A stretch of DNA of 64,000 bases from an uncultured Planctomycetota bacterium (GTDB taxonomy: Bacteria > Planctomycetota > Planctomycetia > Isosphaerales > Isosphaeraceae). The stretch covers positions 384,001-448,000 of the forward strand of contig CAWGMQ010000007.1 of the NCBI GenBank assembly GCA_963823665.1, written 5' to 3'. The notes beneath the pieces are model-generated. The model saw only the letters and a list, made by a program, of their open reading frames with translations. It searched no databases and was not told where the DNA came from. Positions 1 to 11,573 of this stretch are shown one piece after another. The number at the start of each line of letters is the position of its first letter. Within the stretch, counting starts at the first letter, position 1. The position numbers and the translations under genes are program-made.

Positions 1-437
1 TCTTGCCCGTCAGGTTGAAGGCGTGCGTGGCGGTGCGCATGCCGATGATCGGGCGGCCGGATTCGACGTAGTCGACCACTTCCTTCATCTGGTCGTCCGG
101 AAGGTTGCGGAACCTTGTGGCGATGATCATCAGGTCGGCCGAGCGCAGCGATTCGAGGCCGGGGATATTGTCGTTCCGGGTCGGGTCGATCGTGCCGTCT
201 TTCGCGATGGCGAAGAGGACCGTGCACTTGAAGCCGTGACGCTTCGCAAGGATTTTGGCCAGTTGGGGGAGTGCTTCTTCGGATCGATACTCCTCGTCGC
301 CGCTCAGCAGGACGATGTGCTTTCCCTTGCCCGGGGCCATCCGTTCCCTCGAAGACGAGCCAGGGGTCGGCCGCGTCGGCGGCGACGCTGGAAAAAAGGG
401 GCAAGACGAGTGCCAGCGCGGTAGTGAGCCTTGCCAT
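1..437 (-). CDS. ThuA-like (trehalose utilisation / GATase-like) domain protein, 5' part; runs off window; one apparent frameshift near 335
   Basis: Manual minus-strand translation: signal peptide MARLTTALALVLPLFSSVAADA, then after a shift GKGKHIVLLSGDEEYRSEEALPQLAKILAKRHGFKCTVLF...GLESLRSADL...GRPIIGMRTATHAF, typical of planctomycete ThuA proteins. Confidence 0.75.
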   Translation of the reverse strand, partial: MARLTTALALVLPLFSSVAADAADPWLVFEGTDGPGQGKAHRPAERRRGVSIRRSTPPTGQNPCEASRLQVHGPLRHRERRHDRPDPERQYPRPRIAALGRPDDHRHKVPQPSGRPDEGSGRLRRIRPPDHRHAHRHARLQPDGQ

Positions 438-501
438 TTTGCTGCCACGTTGATTCGCGGTTCCACTCAATTGAAACACGGTCAAGCCTTTCTGGAAGAA
501 G

Positions 502-1945
502 TCACTTCCCGGTGGCGAGCTGCAACGTGCAGCTCAGCGCGAGCACGGCCTTGACCACGTTGCCGTACACGTCGGTCAAGCGGTAGTCGCGGCCGGAGTG
601 GCGGTACGTCAGCTTTTCGTGGTTGAGCCCCAGCAAATGCAAGATGGTGGCGTGCAGGTCGTGAATATGCACCCGGTCTTCGACGGCGTCCCAGCCGAAT
701 TCGTCGGTTGCGCCAAAGGTCATGCCGCCGCGAACGCCACCGCCGGCGAGCCACATCGTGAAGCCATACGGGTGGTGATCGCGGCCGTCGGTTCCTTCGG
801 CGGCGGGGGTCCGGCCGAACTCGCCGCCCCAGATCACCAGCGTTTCGTCAAGCAGGCCGCGGGCTTTCAGATCGATGAGCAACCCGGCGATGGGCGAGGT
901 CCGTCGCCAGCGCGTTGCGTGCGTGGCCGCCCTTCAGGTCGCTGTGCTGGTCCCAGGGCTGGAAGCCGCCGCTCGTGTGATAGAGCTGCACGAAGCGAAC
1001 GCCTCGCTCCACCAGGCGGCGCGCCAGCAGGCACTGGCGGCCGAAGACATCGGTTTGCTCGCGATCAATGCCGTAGAGCCGCCTGGTCGAGGGGCTTTCG
1101 CGAGTCAGGTCGAAGGCGTCCGGGGCCTCTCGCTGCATGCGAAACGCCAGCTCGAATGATTCGATCCGCGCGCTTAACCGGGTGTCATCCGGCCGTGCTT
1201 TCCAGATGGAGCTCATTGAGCCGCCCGAGCACATCGAGCTCGGCGCGCTGCTGGAGGGGGCTCACGCGCGGATTCTTGAGGTTGCGAATCGGGTTTTGCA
1301 GGTCGGAGACGAACGTGCCCTGATATGCGGCGGGAAGAAAGCGGCGCCGTACTGGCGTGCTCCTTCGATCAGCGGGCCGGGCCCGATGGCGATGAAGCCG
1401 GGCAGGTTCTGGTTCTCGGTTCCGAGGCCGTAGGTCACCCAGGCACCCAGGCTCGGGCGCGTGGCCACCCGCTCGCCCGTATTCATCAAGAGGCAGCCGC
1501 CGGGGTGATTCACGTCGTCGCCGATCATCGAGCGAATCACGCAGAGCGAGTCCGCACACGAGCCGACGTGCGGAAACAGCTCGCTCACATCCAGCCCCGA
1601 CTCGCCGTGGTTGCGGAACTTCCAGGGTGATGCGAGCAGTTTTCTGGTCTGGCCGAGGTAGGCCTTGGGCGAAGGCTTCCCGTTGTCTCGAGCGAGCCGC
1701 GGCTTGGGGTCAAACGTGTCGACCTGCGAAGGGCCGCCGGGCATGAACAGGAAGATCACGCGGCGAGCCCGGGCGGCGAGGTGCGGCCGGCGGGGTGCCA
1801 GAGGGTCGGCCGCTCCTGCTGGTGCGGCCACCTGGTCGTGGAGCAGAGCCGCCAGCGCCACCGAGCCGAAGCCGGCGCCGGCCCGCCGCAGGATTTCGCG
1901 GCGGCTTGCTCGTGCTCTGAAGTTGTCGCCTTCCATCGTGGCCAC
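502..1945 (-). CDS. DUF1501 domain protein (Tat signal), split by about three frameshifts (~1340, ~1200, ~895)
   Basis: SRREILRR Tat motif; [74 protein letters not shown] spread over ORFs 1262-1945, 1185-1559, 848-1234 and 502-882. Confidence 0.9.
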
Positions 1946-1961
1946 TCCATTACTGCCAGCG

Positions 1962-4900
1962 TCAGTCTATATAGAGAAACTCGCTCTGGGAAACGATCAA
2001 CTGGCAATAACGCTCCCATCCCACGGCGCCGGGCTCCGCCGCCAGAAATCGCAAGCCGAGGTCGAGCTCCTCGGGACCAGGAGGCCGGCCGAGAGCCAGG
2101 GCATAGAGCCGCCTGATTCTCGGCTCGCTCGCCGCGGATTCTTCGCTCACGATTCTTGCGGCGAGCGCTTGAGCCAGGGTATTCACAAACGGGTCGTTGA
2201 GGAAAAAAAGGGCCTGGGGGGCGACGACCGACTCGCCTCGCTTGCCGACGATCGACCCGGGATCTGCCCGGTCGAACACGCGGCCGAAATCGGTTGTGGA
2301 CGGGCCCGTGCGCACGGATTGAAGATACACGGTGCGCCGCGGAACGGCCAGATCCGCGAACGATGGCCCGCCCATGCTGCCGCCCAATCGCCCGGCCACA
2401 CGCAGTAAACTGTCACGAATCGATTCCGCGTCGAGGCGCCGCCGGCTCATCCGCGTGAAGAGACGATTATCAGGGTCTTTGGCCAGCACCTCCGTGGCGA
2501 CGCGGCTGCTTTGCTGATAAGCCGACGATAACATGATCGAGCGATGCATCGCCTTCAACGACCACCCCGATTCGATGAACCGGGCGGCAAGCCAGTCGAG
2601 CAGGGCGGGATTTGACGGCCGCTCTCCGCGTTCGCCGAAATCGTTGGGCGTGCGCACCAGGGCCTCGCCGAAGTGGTGCTGCCAGATCCGATTGACCATA
2701 ACGCGGGCCGTGAGCGGGTTGTCGCCGCGCGCCAGCCATTCCGCGAGCTCGCGCCGGCCGCTTCCGCGGGTAATTTGAAGCGGGGTTTGGTGGCTCGCCT
2801 GCAAGCTTCTGGGCACACCGCGTGGCACGGTTTTTCCCAGCGCTTCGAGTTGCCGCGGAGGAAGACCGGGGCGTCCTTGAATCCCTCGTGGCGCGTGCCC
2901 TTGGGGCCGCCGTCTTGCACGACGACGGCGCGGGGAAAGTCACGCGGCGGTTTTTTCTGGAGAGCTTCCAGCTCCCGGCTCATGCTTTCCAGCCGCAATC
3001 GCTCGCCCGCTGGAAGCATGGCGAGCCGCTGGCCCTCAGGCAGCCAGAAGGGACCGCGGGCGGAGAGCCATTCGTCGAGCAGCTCCGTCAGGGCGTCGGT
3101 GCGGATGGGCTCGGGCGCGGCAGGTTCGAGCCAGCGCATGCGCAACTCGGCTTCCACCCGTTCGCGCTCGGCTTGCGTGAGCTGGCGGTTGTAAACGCGC
3201 ACCTCGGCGAGCTCTCCCTGGAAGCGCGGGCTGGCGCCGGAGCCAGGTCCACCCAGGCGCAGAGCCGCGATGTCCGGGCCGGACGAGAGGGCGTCGATGC
3301 CCTTACCTTGGCCCGCCGGTGCTCCGTTGCGGTGGAGCGTGACACCTTGCGGGCCCCAGGTGAGGCAGACCAGCTCCAGAGCCGCGATCCCTCGTGTGTC
3401 GACCAGGTCGCCGGAGCGACCGTCATTGCGGAGGATCGCATGCAGCCGCCCGGGTTTCTCGAGCATCAGGCCCAGTCCGTGCTTGCCGGTGTCGGCATCT
3501 TCCCAGCCGAGCAGACGGTGGCCCGGTCGGGCGCGGGGATCCGGCCGGAAGACGGCGAAGAGGCTGCCCGCCGCGGGAATCCGGCGCGGAAAGGCCAGCA
3601 GCGATTCGCCGTCAAACCTCAGCACGGAGCGGGTGCGGCCATTGATCGCAACGCTAGTCTTCAAGGGGCCGTGCAGCGGACTGACGGGCCGTGCGTCAGA
3701 GGGCAGCGAGCCCCGGTTGGGCCAGAGCAGGACGCGGCCGTCGTCGCCCACGGGCAGGTGAGGGTCGTCGGCGCGCAAGCTGATCAAGCAGGAGTCGTGC
3801 AGCGAAAGTTCGGCGGAGCGTGCTGGGAGGCCCTTTGACTTGCTGGCGGCTTGCGCGGCGAGCTCTCGACCGAGGGCCGCCGCCTTTTCCTCGAGCCGTG
3901 GGGCGACGAGCGTTCCGGCGGCTGTGTCTCGCACTGTCTGGTGCCGCTCGATCGAGGGCTGCGCCGCGACGCGAGCCAGGTAGTCGATGAATCCGGCCAG
4001 GAGTTTCTCATCGATGTGTTTCTGGCTGGCGAGGGCAGCCAAAGAGGTTTTTTGACTTCCAATCGGGTGGCGGCGGTAATCGCTGGCCGCAACCAGATAT
4101 AATGCTGTTTTTTCTGTGATCACACGACGAAGGAACGCGACATAGGCGCGGTCGGCCGCGTCGGGGAGCTGTTGCTCGAGCTCGGCCTTGCGGCGCTTGT
4201 CGGCGGCGTCCTGTGCCTCGATCGTTTTCAGCTCGTCGGGCGAAAGGAGGGGTACTCGGACGAGAGGCGTGTTGCCGGCGATGGGCGCCGGGATGAGTCG
4301 GGTGCTGAAGAAGATGCCGGCCAGGGCGTAGTAATCCTCGGTCGAGATCGGGTCGAACTTATGGTCGTGGCAGCGTGCGCAGGCGATCGAGATGCCGAGG
4401 AAGGCCTTGGAGACGACGTCGATCTGGTCATTCACGTAGTCGGCGATCATCTGGTCCTTGTCGACGTCGCCGGGCACGAAATCGGCGATGGCGAGCATGC
4501 CGGTGGCGATGAGTCCATCCTTGTTGATACCGCCGGGCCGGGCGGGTGGGAGCAGGTCGCCGGCGATCTGGTAGCGAATGAAATCAGGGTACGGCAGGTC
4601 TCGGTTAAAGGCTGCGACGACCCAGTCGCGGTAGCGCCAGGATTCGCGGAAATCGCTCTCGGCGGGCAACTGGATGAGGTCGCGCGCGTCGGCGTAGCGG
4701 ACGACGTCGAGCCAGTGGCGGCCCCAGCGCTCGCCGTAGCGCGGAGAGGCGAGGGCGCGATCGACGACGCGTGCGAATGCGTCGGGCGAGTCATCGGCGA
4801 GGAAGGCGTCGATCTCTTCGGGGGCAGGAGGCAGACCGGTCAGGTCGAGCGTGGCGCGCCTGATCAGCGTGCGCCGTTCGGTGGGCTGAGCGGGTTCGAG

Positions 4901-5422
4901 CCCATTCTTCTGGAGCTCGGCCCGGAGGAAGCGATCGATGGGCGATTGGGAGTGTGCGGAGTCGCGGACGACGGGCACGGCGACGGTCTTGACCGGCTCG
5001 AGGGACCAGAACCGTGATCTGGATTCGGTATCTCGCGCATGGGTTTCCGGGGCGCCCGTCGTGCTTGCTCCGCTCGTCTCTGGCCAGGGAAGCTTCATCG
5101 CCACCCAGCGCGACAGGACGTCGATTTCGCGGTCGGGCAGTTTGCCCTTCGGCGGCATTTTCAATTCCTGGTCGTAGCGAACGGCCTGGATCATCCGGCT
5201 GCCGGCGATATCGCCTGCGACTGCGGCGGGGCCGCTGTCTCCGCCTTTGAGGATCAATGCTCGCGAGGTCAGACGGAGGCCGCCCTTGTTCTTCTCGCCG
5301 TTCCCGTGGCACGGCCAGCATTTCTCGACCAGGAGCGGGCGCACGCTCTTTTCGAAGAACTCGGCTTCGTCAGCAAATGATTGTGCGGCGTTGGTTGAAG
5401 ATGGTGCGAGCGCAGCCATCAC
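1962..5422 (-). CDS. Planctomycete cytochrome c / DUF1549 (PSCyt2) / DUF1553 (PSD1) protein with inserted LamG-like domain; frameshift near 2835
   Basis: CWPCH and CARCH heme-type motifs; FFEKSVRPLL, YGERWGRHWLDVVRYAD, NPLTARVMVNRIWQHHFG, PQALFFLN; FQGELAEVRVYNRQLT LamG-like motif; start uncertain. Confidence 0.9.
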
Positions 5423-5521
5423 GAGGAGGAGCGCGCCACAGCGAACAATGAGCCACGTTTCCGGTTGCAGGATGAGCCTCCAGTGTGAAGACCCGAGCTG
5501 GGGGGGATACGGTGGGGCAGG

Positions 5522-6442
5522 GTGCGGAGCGCACTGATGCCGACGTCGTTGCTCGCCGAGCAGCGGTGCGGAGTGTTATCGCCTCGACTTCTTGACTTTA
5601 TCACTTGCGGGAGATGCTCGCTAGCCGTCAAAACCAAGGATCTGACCGCCTGCCTGTCCTATTGCCGTCAGTTGACAGACGAGGTCCAGGACCGGGACAG
5701 CACGACCGATGCCCGCTACCTGGGTGCTTACTGCCTCAACGCCCTCCGCAAGTTTGCGGATTCGGAGGCCTGGGTGGACCGGCTCTTCAACCCGGCGCGC
5801 TCGCTGGAAGAGGCATGGCGGCGGCTCCTCGGCGCACAGCGGGATCTGCTTCTTGGAGAAGTTGACTCGGCGCGAGGCGCGATGGATTCCCTGAACACCG
5901 ACTTTCCCGACCTCGATGATGAAGAACGCCACGACCTGCTCCTGAAGACATCCTTCCTCCTCCGCCTGAACGGCCGCGCGGACCGCGCCCGTGAATTGAT
6001 CGGGGCCGAGCTGCTCCTCTGCTCCGGCCGGCCGGAAGACCAGGTGGAGTCGCTTCTTGACGAACTTGAGGCGGCCTTCGGCGACGACCGCCATGCCGAC
6101 TTCCTGACCGCCCTGGGTCGTTTGTCTGGCGATCGAAAGGCCCCGGTCGTGGTTCGCGTATCGGCCCGCGACCGTCACACCGAAGCTCTGAGGGGTGACG
6201 AGCACCCGGAAGAGGCGGAGGCGATGCTGCGTGAGGCGCTCGCGGGCGAAACCGCTGAATTCCCGCGATGCCGCGCGGCCATGAAGCTGGCCGAGATTCT
6301 GGCCGATGACCTCGAGAAACCTGACGAGGCGCTAAAGCTCCTTGACCAGCTCCGCACGCAGCTCAAGCGCCGCGATCTCATCAACGAGCTGCGGGAGGCT
6401 GCCGAGGGTATCAAGAAACAGGCGGAGCAGGGCGATGATTGA
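5522..6442 (+). CDS. Hypothetical helical (TPR-like) protein; start uncertain, possibly a fragment
   Basis: 306-aa ORF, Leu/Ala/Glu-rich helical pattern (MKLAEILADDLEKPDEALKLLDQL). Confidence 0.5.
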   Translation: MRSALMPTSLLAEQRCGVLSPRLLDFITCGRCSLAVKTKDLTACLSYCRQLTDEVQDRDSTTDARYLGAYCLNALRKFADSEAWVDRLFNPARSLEEAWRRLLGAQRDLLLGEVDSARGAMDSLNTDFPDLDDEERHDLLLKTSFLLRLNGRADRARELIGAELLLCSGRPEDQVESLLDELEAAFGDDRHADFLTALGRLSGDRKAPVVVRVSARDRHTEALRGDEHPEEAEAMLREALAGETAEFPRCRAAMKLAEILADDLEKPDEALKLLDQLRTQLKRRDLINELREAAEGIKKQAEQGDD

Positions 6443-6476
6443 CGAACCAAGCGAACGCCCAGTGCGGCGAGAATCT

Positions 6477-6584
6477 GTGGTCGATTGTCAGCCGCGGCAA
6501 TGCCCGCTGTAGCTCTTTCATTTCGGCGTCGGTGACCTGGGTGTGGTTGAAACCGAGTTCGGTAAGGTGAGTCAGCCCCTTCAA
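6477..6584 (-). pseudogene. Remnant C-terminus of a planctomycete leucine-rich-repeat protein
   Basis: Manual translation LKGLTHLTELGFNHTQVTDAEMKELQRALPRLTIDH matches the last LRR plus cap pattern; in-frame TGA three codons upstream. Confidence 0.65.
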
Positions 6585-6949
6585 TCGAGCTCATCGGTGG
6601 ACTCCGCGTGGGGCAGAACAGCGTCTTCGTAGGTTTCGTATCAGATTCCCGACCGTAATGCCAGTCGATGAAACGCCGGAAAAGGCCTCTCGTCTTCCAG
6701 AGCAACCATTGTGCTTAACAACGCCGAAACTTTCATAAGAAAGCTGGACTCCGTGACCCTAAAGCCCATTCAGCCACCATATTCGGAAATATCAATACAA
6801 CGCGAGAAAGCAATAAAGTGCCCGGCTTCACCCGGCCGATTTCCTTGCAGTCGGGCGATCGGCGCCCTGGCACATTTCGCGACTGACGGGCGAGGACGGC
6901 CCGAGAATCAAGTCTATGTATACATGATAATGGAGCCTGGAGGAAAGTC

Positions 6950-9373
6950 ATGAGGCGAATTCACATACTTCTGGCCCCATGGCTCTGCCTGCTGGTCGGG
7001 CTCTCGGGCTGCCATCACCCGTCGATCACGGCGGTGTCGCTTGATCATTATTGTGATCATAAATGGGCATTCTTGTATGATCCATGCAAGGACAAGGAGG
7101 GAATTCCATTCTACCTGCCCAAGCCGCTCTTGATCGTCGCCAAGAATTTCCGGAACATCGAGGAAACCAAAGTCGGACTGACCCAGGGCGCACCGATCCC
7201 GAATTTCTTTGACGACCAGGCGAAATACGCTGACCTGAACGCACGAACGAACTTTAACGGTCTTAATGGGACTAATGGGACCGGTTCCACCGACGTCTCC
7301 CCCAACGAGACGTTTCCGACCGGGACAACCGCGAGCGAGCTTGCTACTTCTGCCCCTGCAAATATTTATTCGAGCAACGGCGCGCCGCTCAGCCCTGGAA
7401 ACGCACCCAGCGACGGGTTGAAACCCGAGACGTTTTACACATATCACATCGTTTTCGTTCCGGACATGACGCAGAAATTCGCGCTCAAGATCAACGGTGG
7501 TGTCGGCGAGATCAGGGCGGCCATGAACCTCGTCAACGGCTGGCAATTCACCGGGCTCGGTCCGTATTACATGAAGGATAGCTCAACGGCTCAGAATACG
7601 CTGGCGAGCGGAATCACGGCGAATCTTGCCGCCAGTGGGGTCGCGGATGTGGTGAGCGCCGTCGCCAACATCAAGCCGCCGGCCGGTCAGGTTGCCAAGC
7701 CCGACGTAGCGCCGCCGCCAGGCGGAGCGAACACGCCGGCACCTCTGCCAGTCGACGCGACTCGGGTTCAAGCGGTTCACAACCTGATGCGTTCGCTTAA
7801 CCCGAAGACGTTGACCCTCACTGGATTCGCGGAGATCAGCATCTATGAGCCGTACATCGCGCCGGAAGGCACGATGGAATGGCGGCTCATCACCAAGCAG
7901 TCATTCGACAGAGACCACCTCTCCATCAGCGCTTCAGTCGACGAGGTGATGGCGATGCTCAAAGCCGCGACCACGACGTCCGGAGCGGCACCCGCGGCTG
8001 GTAACGGAAACACAGGCGCGGCCGCGCAAGGGCCGAGCGGACAAGCACAAGCGTCGGGGGGCAACGCCCAGGGCGCGGGTCTGGGGGGGGGTGGGACGGC
8101 AGTCCCGCCCGCGACAACCCCCCCGACGCCTGCCGCAGACCCCGAGGGCGCGGGTTTGCCGCCCGCGCAAGGCGGCGGGTCCGCGGGTGCGGCTAAAGGC
8201 CATGCAGGTGCCGCCGAACCGGCTCCGGCCGCGGTCGACCCGGCGCAAAACCCGCAGACGCCAGTCGACAAGTCCGGGTCGCCTCCGGCGCCGGCTGCCT
8301 CGCCGGGTTCAGCGGCCCGGTCGCCGCGAAGCGGCAGTCCAGCGACGAGATCGCCAATCAGCCGAGGCAACAACGCACCTCCGCCGCTGCAAGGCCCGAA
8401 AGTCTCGTCTACGACCAGGTCAAGGATCCCCCCGCCGCTGGAAATGGCGGGCGCGGGCCCGAAGTCAGACGCTTCGCTCGTGCGCTCGCAGATGCAGGCC
8501 CCCGCGTTCCTTGATGCCCACCTCGCTGCAAGCGCTCTCGCCCAAACCGACGGTGCGTCCACCACGTTCCTCACACTTGATCCGCTCGTTCAATCCTCGG
8601 GGGATTCGCTCACTTCGAGGAGTCCTCAGCCCTCCATTGATGTGCATAACGCGCCCCCAAACACCACGCTCACGCTCTTTCGAGATCAGGTACCAGTCAA
8701 CAGCATCACCACTGGATCCATCCCCATCGGTACTGTCCTCCCAATTCCGGATAGTGGTGGCGTGCCGGCTCCGGGCAGTTACACATATCAAGTCGTGCAA
8801 AGTGAACCAAATCAGCAACCGGTCGTATTCGGCCCGCTCAAAATCACTGTGCTAACCGGCAACAATCAAGCCGGCGCGAATCCCAGCGGAGCGGTCACAC
8901 CGACCGGCCGTACGAATAACGCGACTACTGGGACCGGCAACAATACAGCGACCCCCCCCGCGACCAACGGAACAGCCGTCGCTCCAGGGACACTGACCAG
9001 TCAGGCTTCTAATGCTGTGCTCAACCAGTTTCTCGGTCAATTCGGATCGGTCGCGAGCGCCACGTCGGCCAAAGCGAACACTGCGCCCGTGGCCGCTCCG
9101 GTGACGCCGGTCGTACCGGTGACAACCGCAACCCCGGGAAATACGGTGACTCTCAACCAGTTCTTTGGCAAGGTCAAGACAGCCCCCGCCTCAACCGCTG
9201 CGCCTCGTCGATTCTCGCTCTTCCATCAAAAGGACAACAAGACAATCAAAACGGTCGCGTTGAACGGGATTGAGAGCCAAGCGCTCGTCGCGGCCGCTCC
9301 GACAGTTCCGACAGTGCCCACGCTTCCGGCCGGGGGCACAGCCGCCCCCGCTTCGTCGCTGCCATCGCCTTGA
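6950..9373 (+). CDS. Hypothetical lipoprotein with globular N-terminal region, long Pro/Ala/Gly linker and a small Ig-like domain
   Basis: GGAGG SD upstream; lipobox LSGC at aa 18-21; GIPFYLPKPLL and IVFVPDMTQKFALKINGGVG motifs; PGSYTYQVVQ Ig-like strand. Confidence 0.75.
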   Translation: MRRIHILLAPWLCLLVGLSGCHHPSITAVSLDHYCDHKWAFLYDPCKDKEGIPFYLPKPLLIVAKNFRNIEETKVGLTQGAPIPNFFDDQAKYADLNARTNFNGLNGTNGTGSTDVSPNETFPTGTTASELATSAPANIYSSNGAPLSPGNAPSDGLKPETFYTYHIVFVPDMTQKFALKINGGVGEIRAAMNLVNGWQFTGLGPYYMKDSSTAQNTLASGITANLAASGVADVVSAVANIKPPAGQVAKPDVAPPPGGANTPAPLPVDATRVQAVHNLMRSLNPKTLTLTGFAEISIYEPYIAPEGTMEWRLITKQSFDRDHLSISASVDEVMAMLKAATTTSGAAPAAGNGNTGAAAQGPSGQAQASGGNAQGAGLGGGGTAVPPATTPPTPAADPEGAGLPPAQGGGSAGAAKGHAGAAEPAPAAVDPAQNPQTPVDKSGSPPAPAASPGSAARSPRSGSPATRSPISRGNNAPPPLQGPKVSSTTRSRIPPPLEMAGAGPKSDASLVRSQMQAPAFLDAHLAASALAQTDGASTTFLTLDPLVQSSGDSLTSRSPQPSIDVHNAPPNTTLTLFRDQVPVNSITTGSIPIGTVLPIPDSGGVPAPGSYTYQVVQSEPNQQPVVFGPLKITVLTGNNQAGANPSGAVTPTGRTNNATTGTGNNTATPPATNGTAVAPGTLTSQASNAVLNQFLGQFGSVASATSAKANTAPVAAPVTPVVPVTTATPGNTVTLNQFFGKVKTAPASTAAPRRFSLFHQKDNKTIKTVALNGIESQALVAAAPTVPTVPTLPAGGTAAPASSLPSP

Positions 9374-9718
9374 GTTAGAGCGCGAACAGCGCGTGGACCG
9401 GACCTCGTGTACGAGAGCGGCCGATCTGGAACCTTTGGTTGCAGAGTGCGTTCTCGATATCGCCGCGTTTCTCCGCGCCCGCGACGCCACCGGTTTCTGT
9501 CCTCAATTCGTGTGATGACGACGCGACGAATCAAGATCAGTCTTTGCGAATGCCGCGCGCGAAAAAAAGCTCTCGAGACTTGACCGCGGTCCTCAGCCAG
9601 TCGAGAATCGACAGTCGTGTAGGTATTGCAGAAGATCGTTGTGCAGTTAGCGTGGCGCGTGCACACGCGGCTCTTCGGTTGTTGATATTCGCCGCGTCGA
9701 GCGCGGTCGAGGCACCAA

Positions 9719-10426
9719 ATGTTAGTCGACTTTGAGCAAGAATGGGGAGATTGGCCGCAGATCGTTACGGTGCTTTCGCATTTCCCCACGCTTCGAAATT
9801 TCCCATTTCCCTACACGCTTGGGTCTGGCACTCTGATCAATAGCCAGGCCGTGCTCACTGCGGCGCACGTCATCTACGACCCGACATACGGCGGGTGGGC
9901 CGACTCGTTCGATATTTTCTTTGGCGATGGCAGCTCACAGGTCGGTGTGCCGATTGGGCAGGCGAGGGTGCGCACGGAATGGGTTGCGAACAACACGGTC
10001 GACTCGCTGTCCAGCGTGGACGCCGGAGTGATCTTATTGCCGCAGCAGTCCAATCTGCCGTTTGCCACGCCAGATGTTGGGGACCCTAGCGTGCTTGACG
10101 GTTTTCCAATCGACGTGCTCGGTTTTTCCGGTGGTGACGAGGCCATGTGTCCCCCGTACGGGCACTTGGCGCTCGCCGAAACAACCGCGAGCAACGAAAA
10201 CACACCCTCGGAAGACATCTTTTTTCGTGTCGGGTATAGCGATTTTGTGTGCGAAGGAATGAGCGGAGGGCCCGTGATACGCGTCGACGAGTTCAACAAT
10301 GGAACTTTCCGCGTCCGTGCCGTTCATACGTCGCTTTACCCTGACGTCAATGGCCTCGGCAATGGCCTGATGCTTTATCCGGATCTGCTCGCCCAGGTTC
10401 AGCGCTGGGCGGTCGGCTTGACCTGA
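9719..10426 (+). CDS. Trypsin-like (V8-type) serine protease
   Basis: GSGTLI...VLTAAHV (His), DAGVI (Asp), GMSGGPV (Ser) catalytic motifs. Confidence 0.85.
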   Translation: MLVDFEQEWGDWPQIVTVLSHFPTLRNFPFPYTLGSGTLINSQAVLTAAHVIYDPTYGGWADSFDIFFGDGSSQVGVPIGQARVRTEWVANNTVDSLSSVDAGVILLPQQSNLPFATPDVGDPSVLDGFPIDVLGFSGGDEAMCPPYGHLALAETTASNENTPSEDIFFRVGYSDFVCEGMSGGPVIRVDEFNNGTFRVRAVHTSLYPDVNGLGNGLMLYPDLLAQVQRWAVGLT

Positions 10427-10490
10427 TTTCGCGGAGCGCGCCCTATTTTGGCCAATCGACTAAGGTCAGACTGTGATTCGGGAGAAGACC

Positions 10491-10925
10491 ATGCCGACGG
10501 ATTCCAAAAGACCGACCTTGCGTTCCTGCACGGCTCAGGCGCCGGTTGTGCTGGCACTACTCGACGTCAAGCGCGACGCTGGATCAGCCCAGAAGAGCGA
10601 GAAAGCTGCCGCTCCAAAGCGAACTCCTGCCCCGAGCGGCGCGGAGTCGCCGTCGCCGACGTATGGACCGTGCGGCGGCAAGGAACGCGCGATCGTCAAG
10701 ATCCTGCACAAACTCAATCGACTCAGCAGGTTGCGAACGCTCTCTGTCACCGAGCAAGCGCTCGTCGCCGGCGCCAAAATCAACGTTGAAAAACTCGCCG
10801 AGGCATGTGGCGCGACTCTCAAACGCAAGGATTCGGACGCGACTGCCCGTCGGCCGTCGGCTGCGCCCTCGCTGGCGCAGGGAGCTAACTACTCTGTCAG
10901 CGGCAAGCAGGAACTCAAGTCCTGA
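10491..10925 (+). CDS. Hypothetical protein
   Basis: ATG at 10491 preceded by GGGAGA; same strand as the protease; no recognisable motif. Confidence 0.4.
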   Translation: MPTDSKRPTLRSCTAQAPVVLALLDVKRDAGSAQKSEKAAAPKRTPAPSGAESPSPTYGPCGGKERAIVKILHKLNRLSRLRTLSVTEQALVAGAKINVEKLAEACGATLKRKDSDATARRPSAAPSLAQGANYSVSGKQELKS

Positions 10926-10970
10926 TCTTTCAACCCGAGCCGAGCGTGAGCGAGACGACCGCCGTTCCAA

Positions 10971-11573
10971 TTAGTGGCCGTTGTCGAACTTGTTGATCAC
11001 CAGCAGTTTGACTGCGTTGATCATACTGAGCCGGGCCGCCTGGATCGCATTCGTCGCCGTCAGCGTGTAAAGACTCGCCGTTGCTCCCGTCGGAGGTGTC
11101 GACGGTATCGCCGGGATCGACGTGTTGATCAACGATTGCAGCAGGCTGTTCGACGTACTGCCGCCGTTGATACGCTTGAAGAGAACGTGCTGCAGCACAG
11201 TCGCGCCGCCGCCATCCGCGCTTCGCTCACTGGAATCCTTGATAATCACCAGACTCGCGGGGATGCGCGTAAGAGTGCGCGTGAGGTTCTGCGCGAGCAC
11301 CTCGACGGCCTGAGTGGCGAACGCCTTCATTGCCGTCGAGTCGGCCGCCGTGCCTGAAGACAGGTACGCGCCTTGCGCTTGCAGGTAGTCGGAAGTGAAC
11401 TGATTGAAGGCGGCGTTGACCTGCGCGACGTCGCGACCGATCGCGCCCGAGGCGCGCGGATTGGCCGAAAGTGTGCCGATGAGCCCCGGTGCGATCGTTC
11501 CACCGTGGGTCATCACCAAGCGGGTTTCCAATGAATCCCCGATCACGGGTTGAAATCTGTGGCGCTTCCTCAT
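10971..11573 (-). CDS. Hypothetical exported protein with planctomycete N-terminal motif
   Basis: AAGGAGG SD; MRKRHRFQP...SLETRLVMT resembles the Planctomycete extracellular 'LE.R.LL' motif. Confidence 0.75.
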   Translation of the reverse strand: MRKRHRFQPVIGDSLETRLVMTHGGTIAPGLIGTLSANPRASGAIGRDVAQVNAAFNQFTSDYLQAQGAYLSSGTAADSTAMKAFATQAVEVLAQNLTRTLTRIPASLVIIKDSSERSADGGGATVLQHVLFKRINGGSTSNSLLQSLINTSIPAIPSTPPTGATASLYTLTATNAIQAARLSMINAVKLLVINKFDNGH

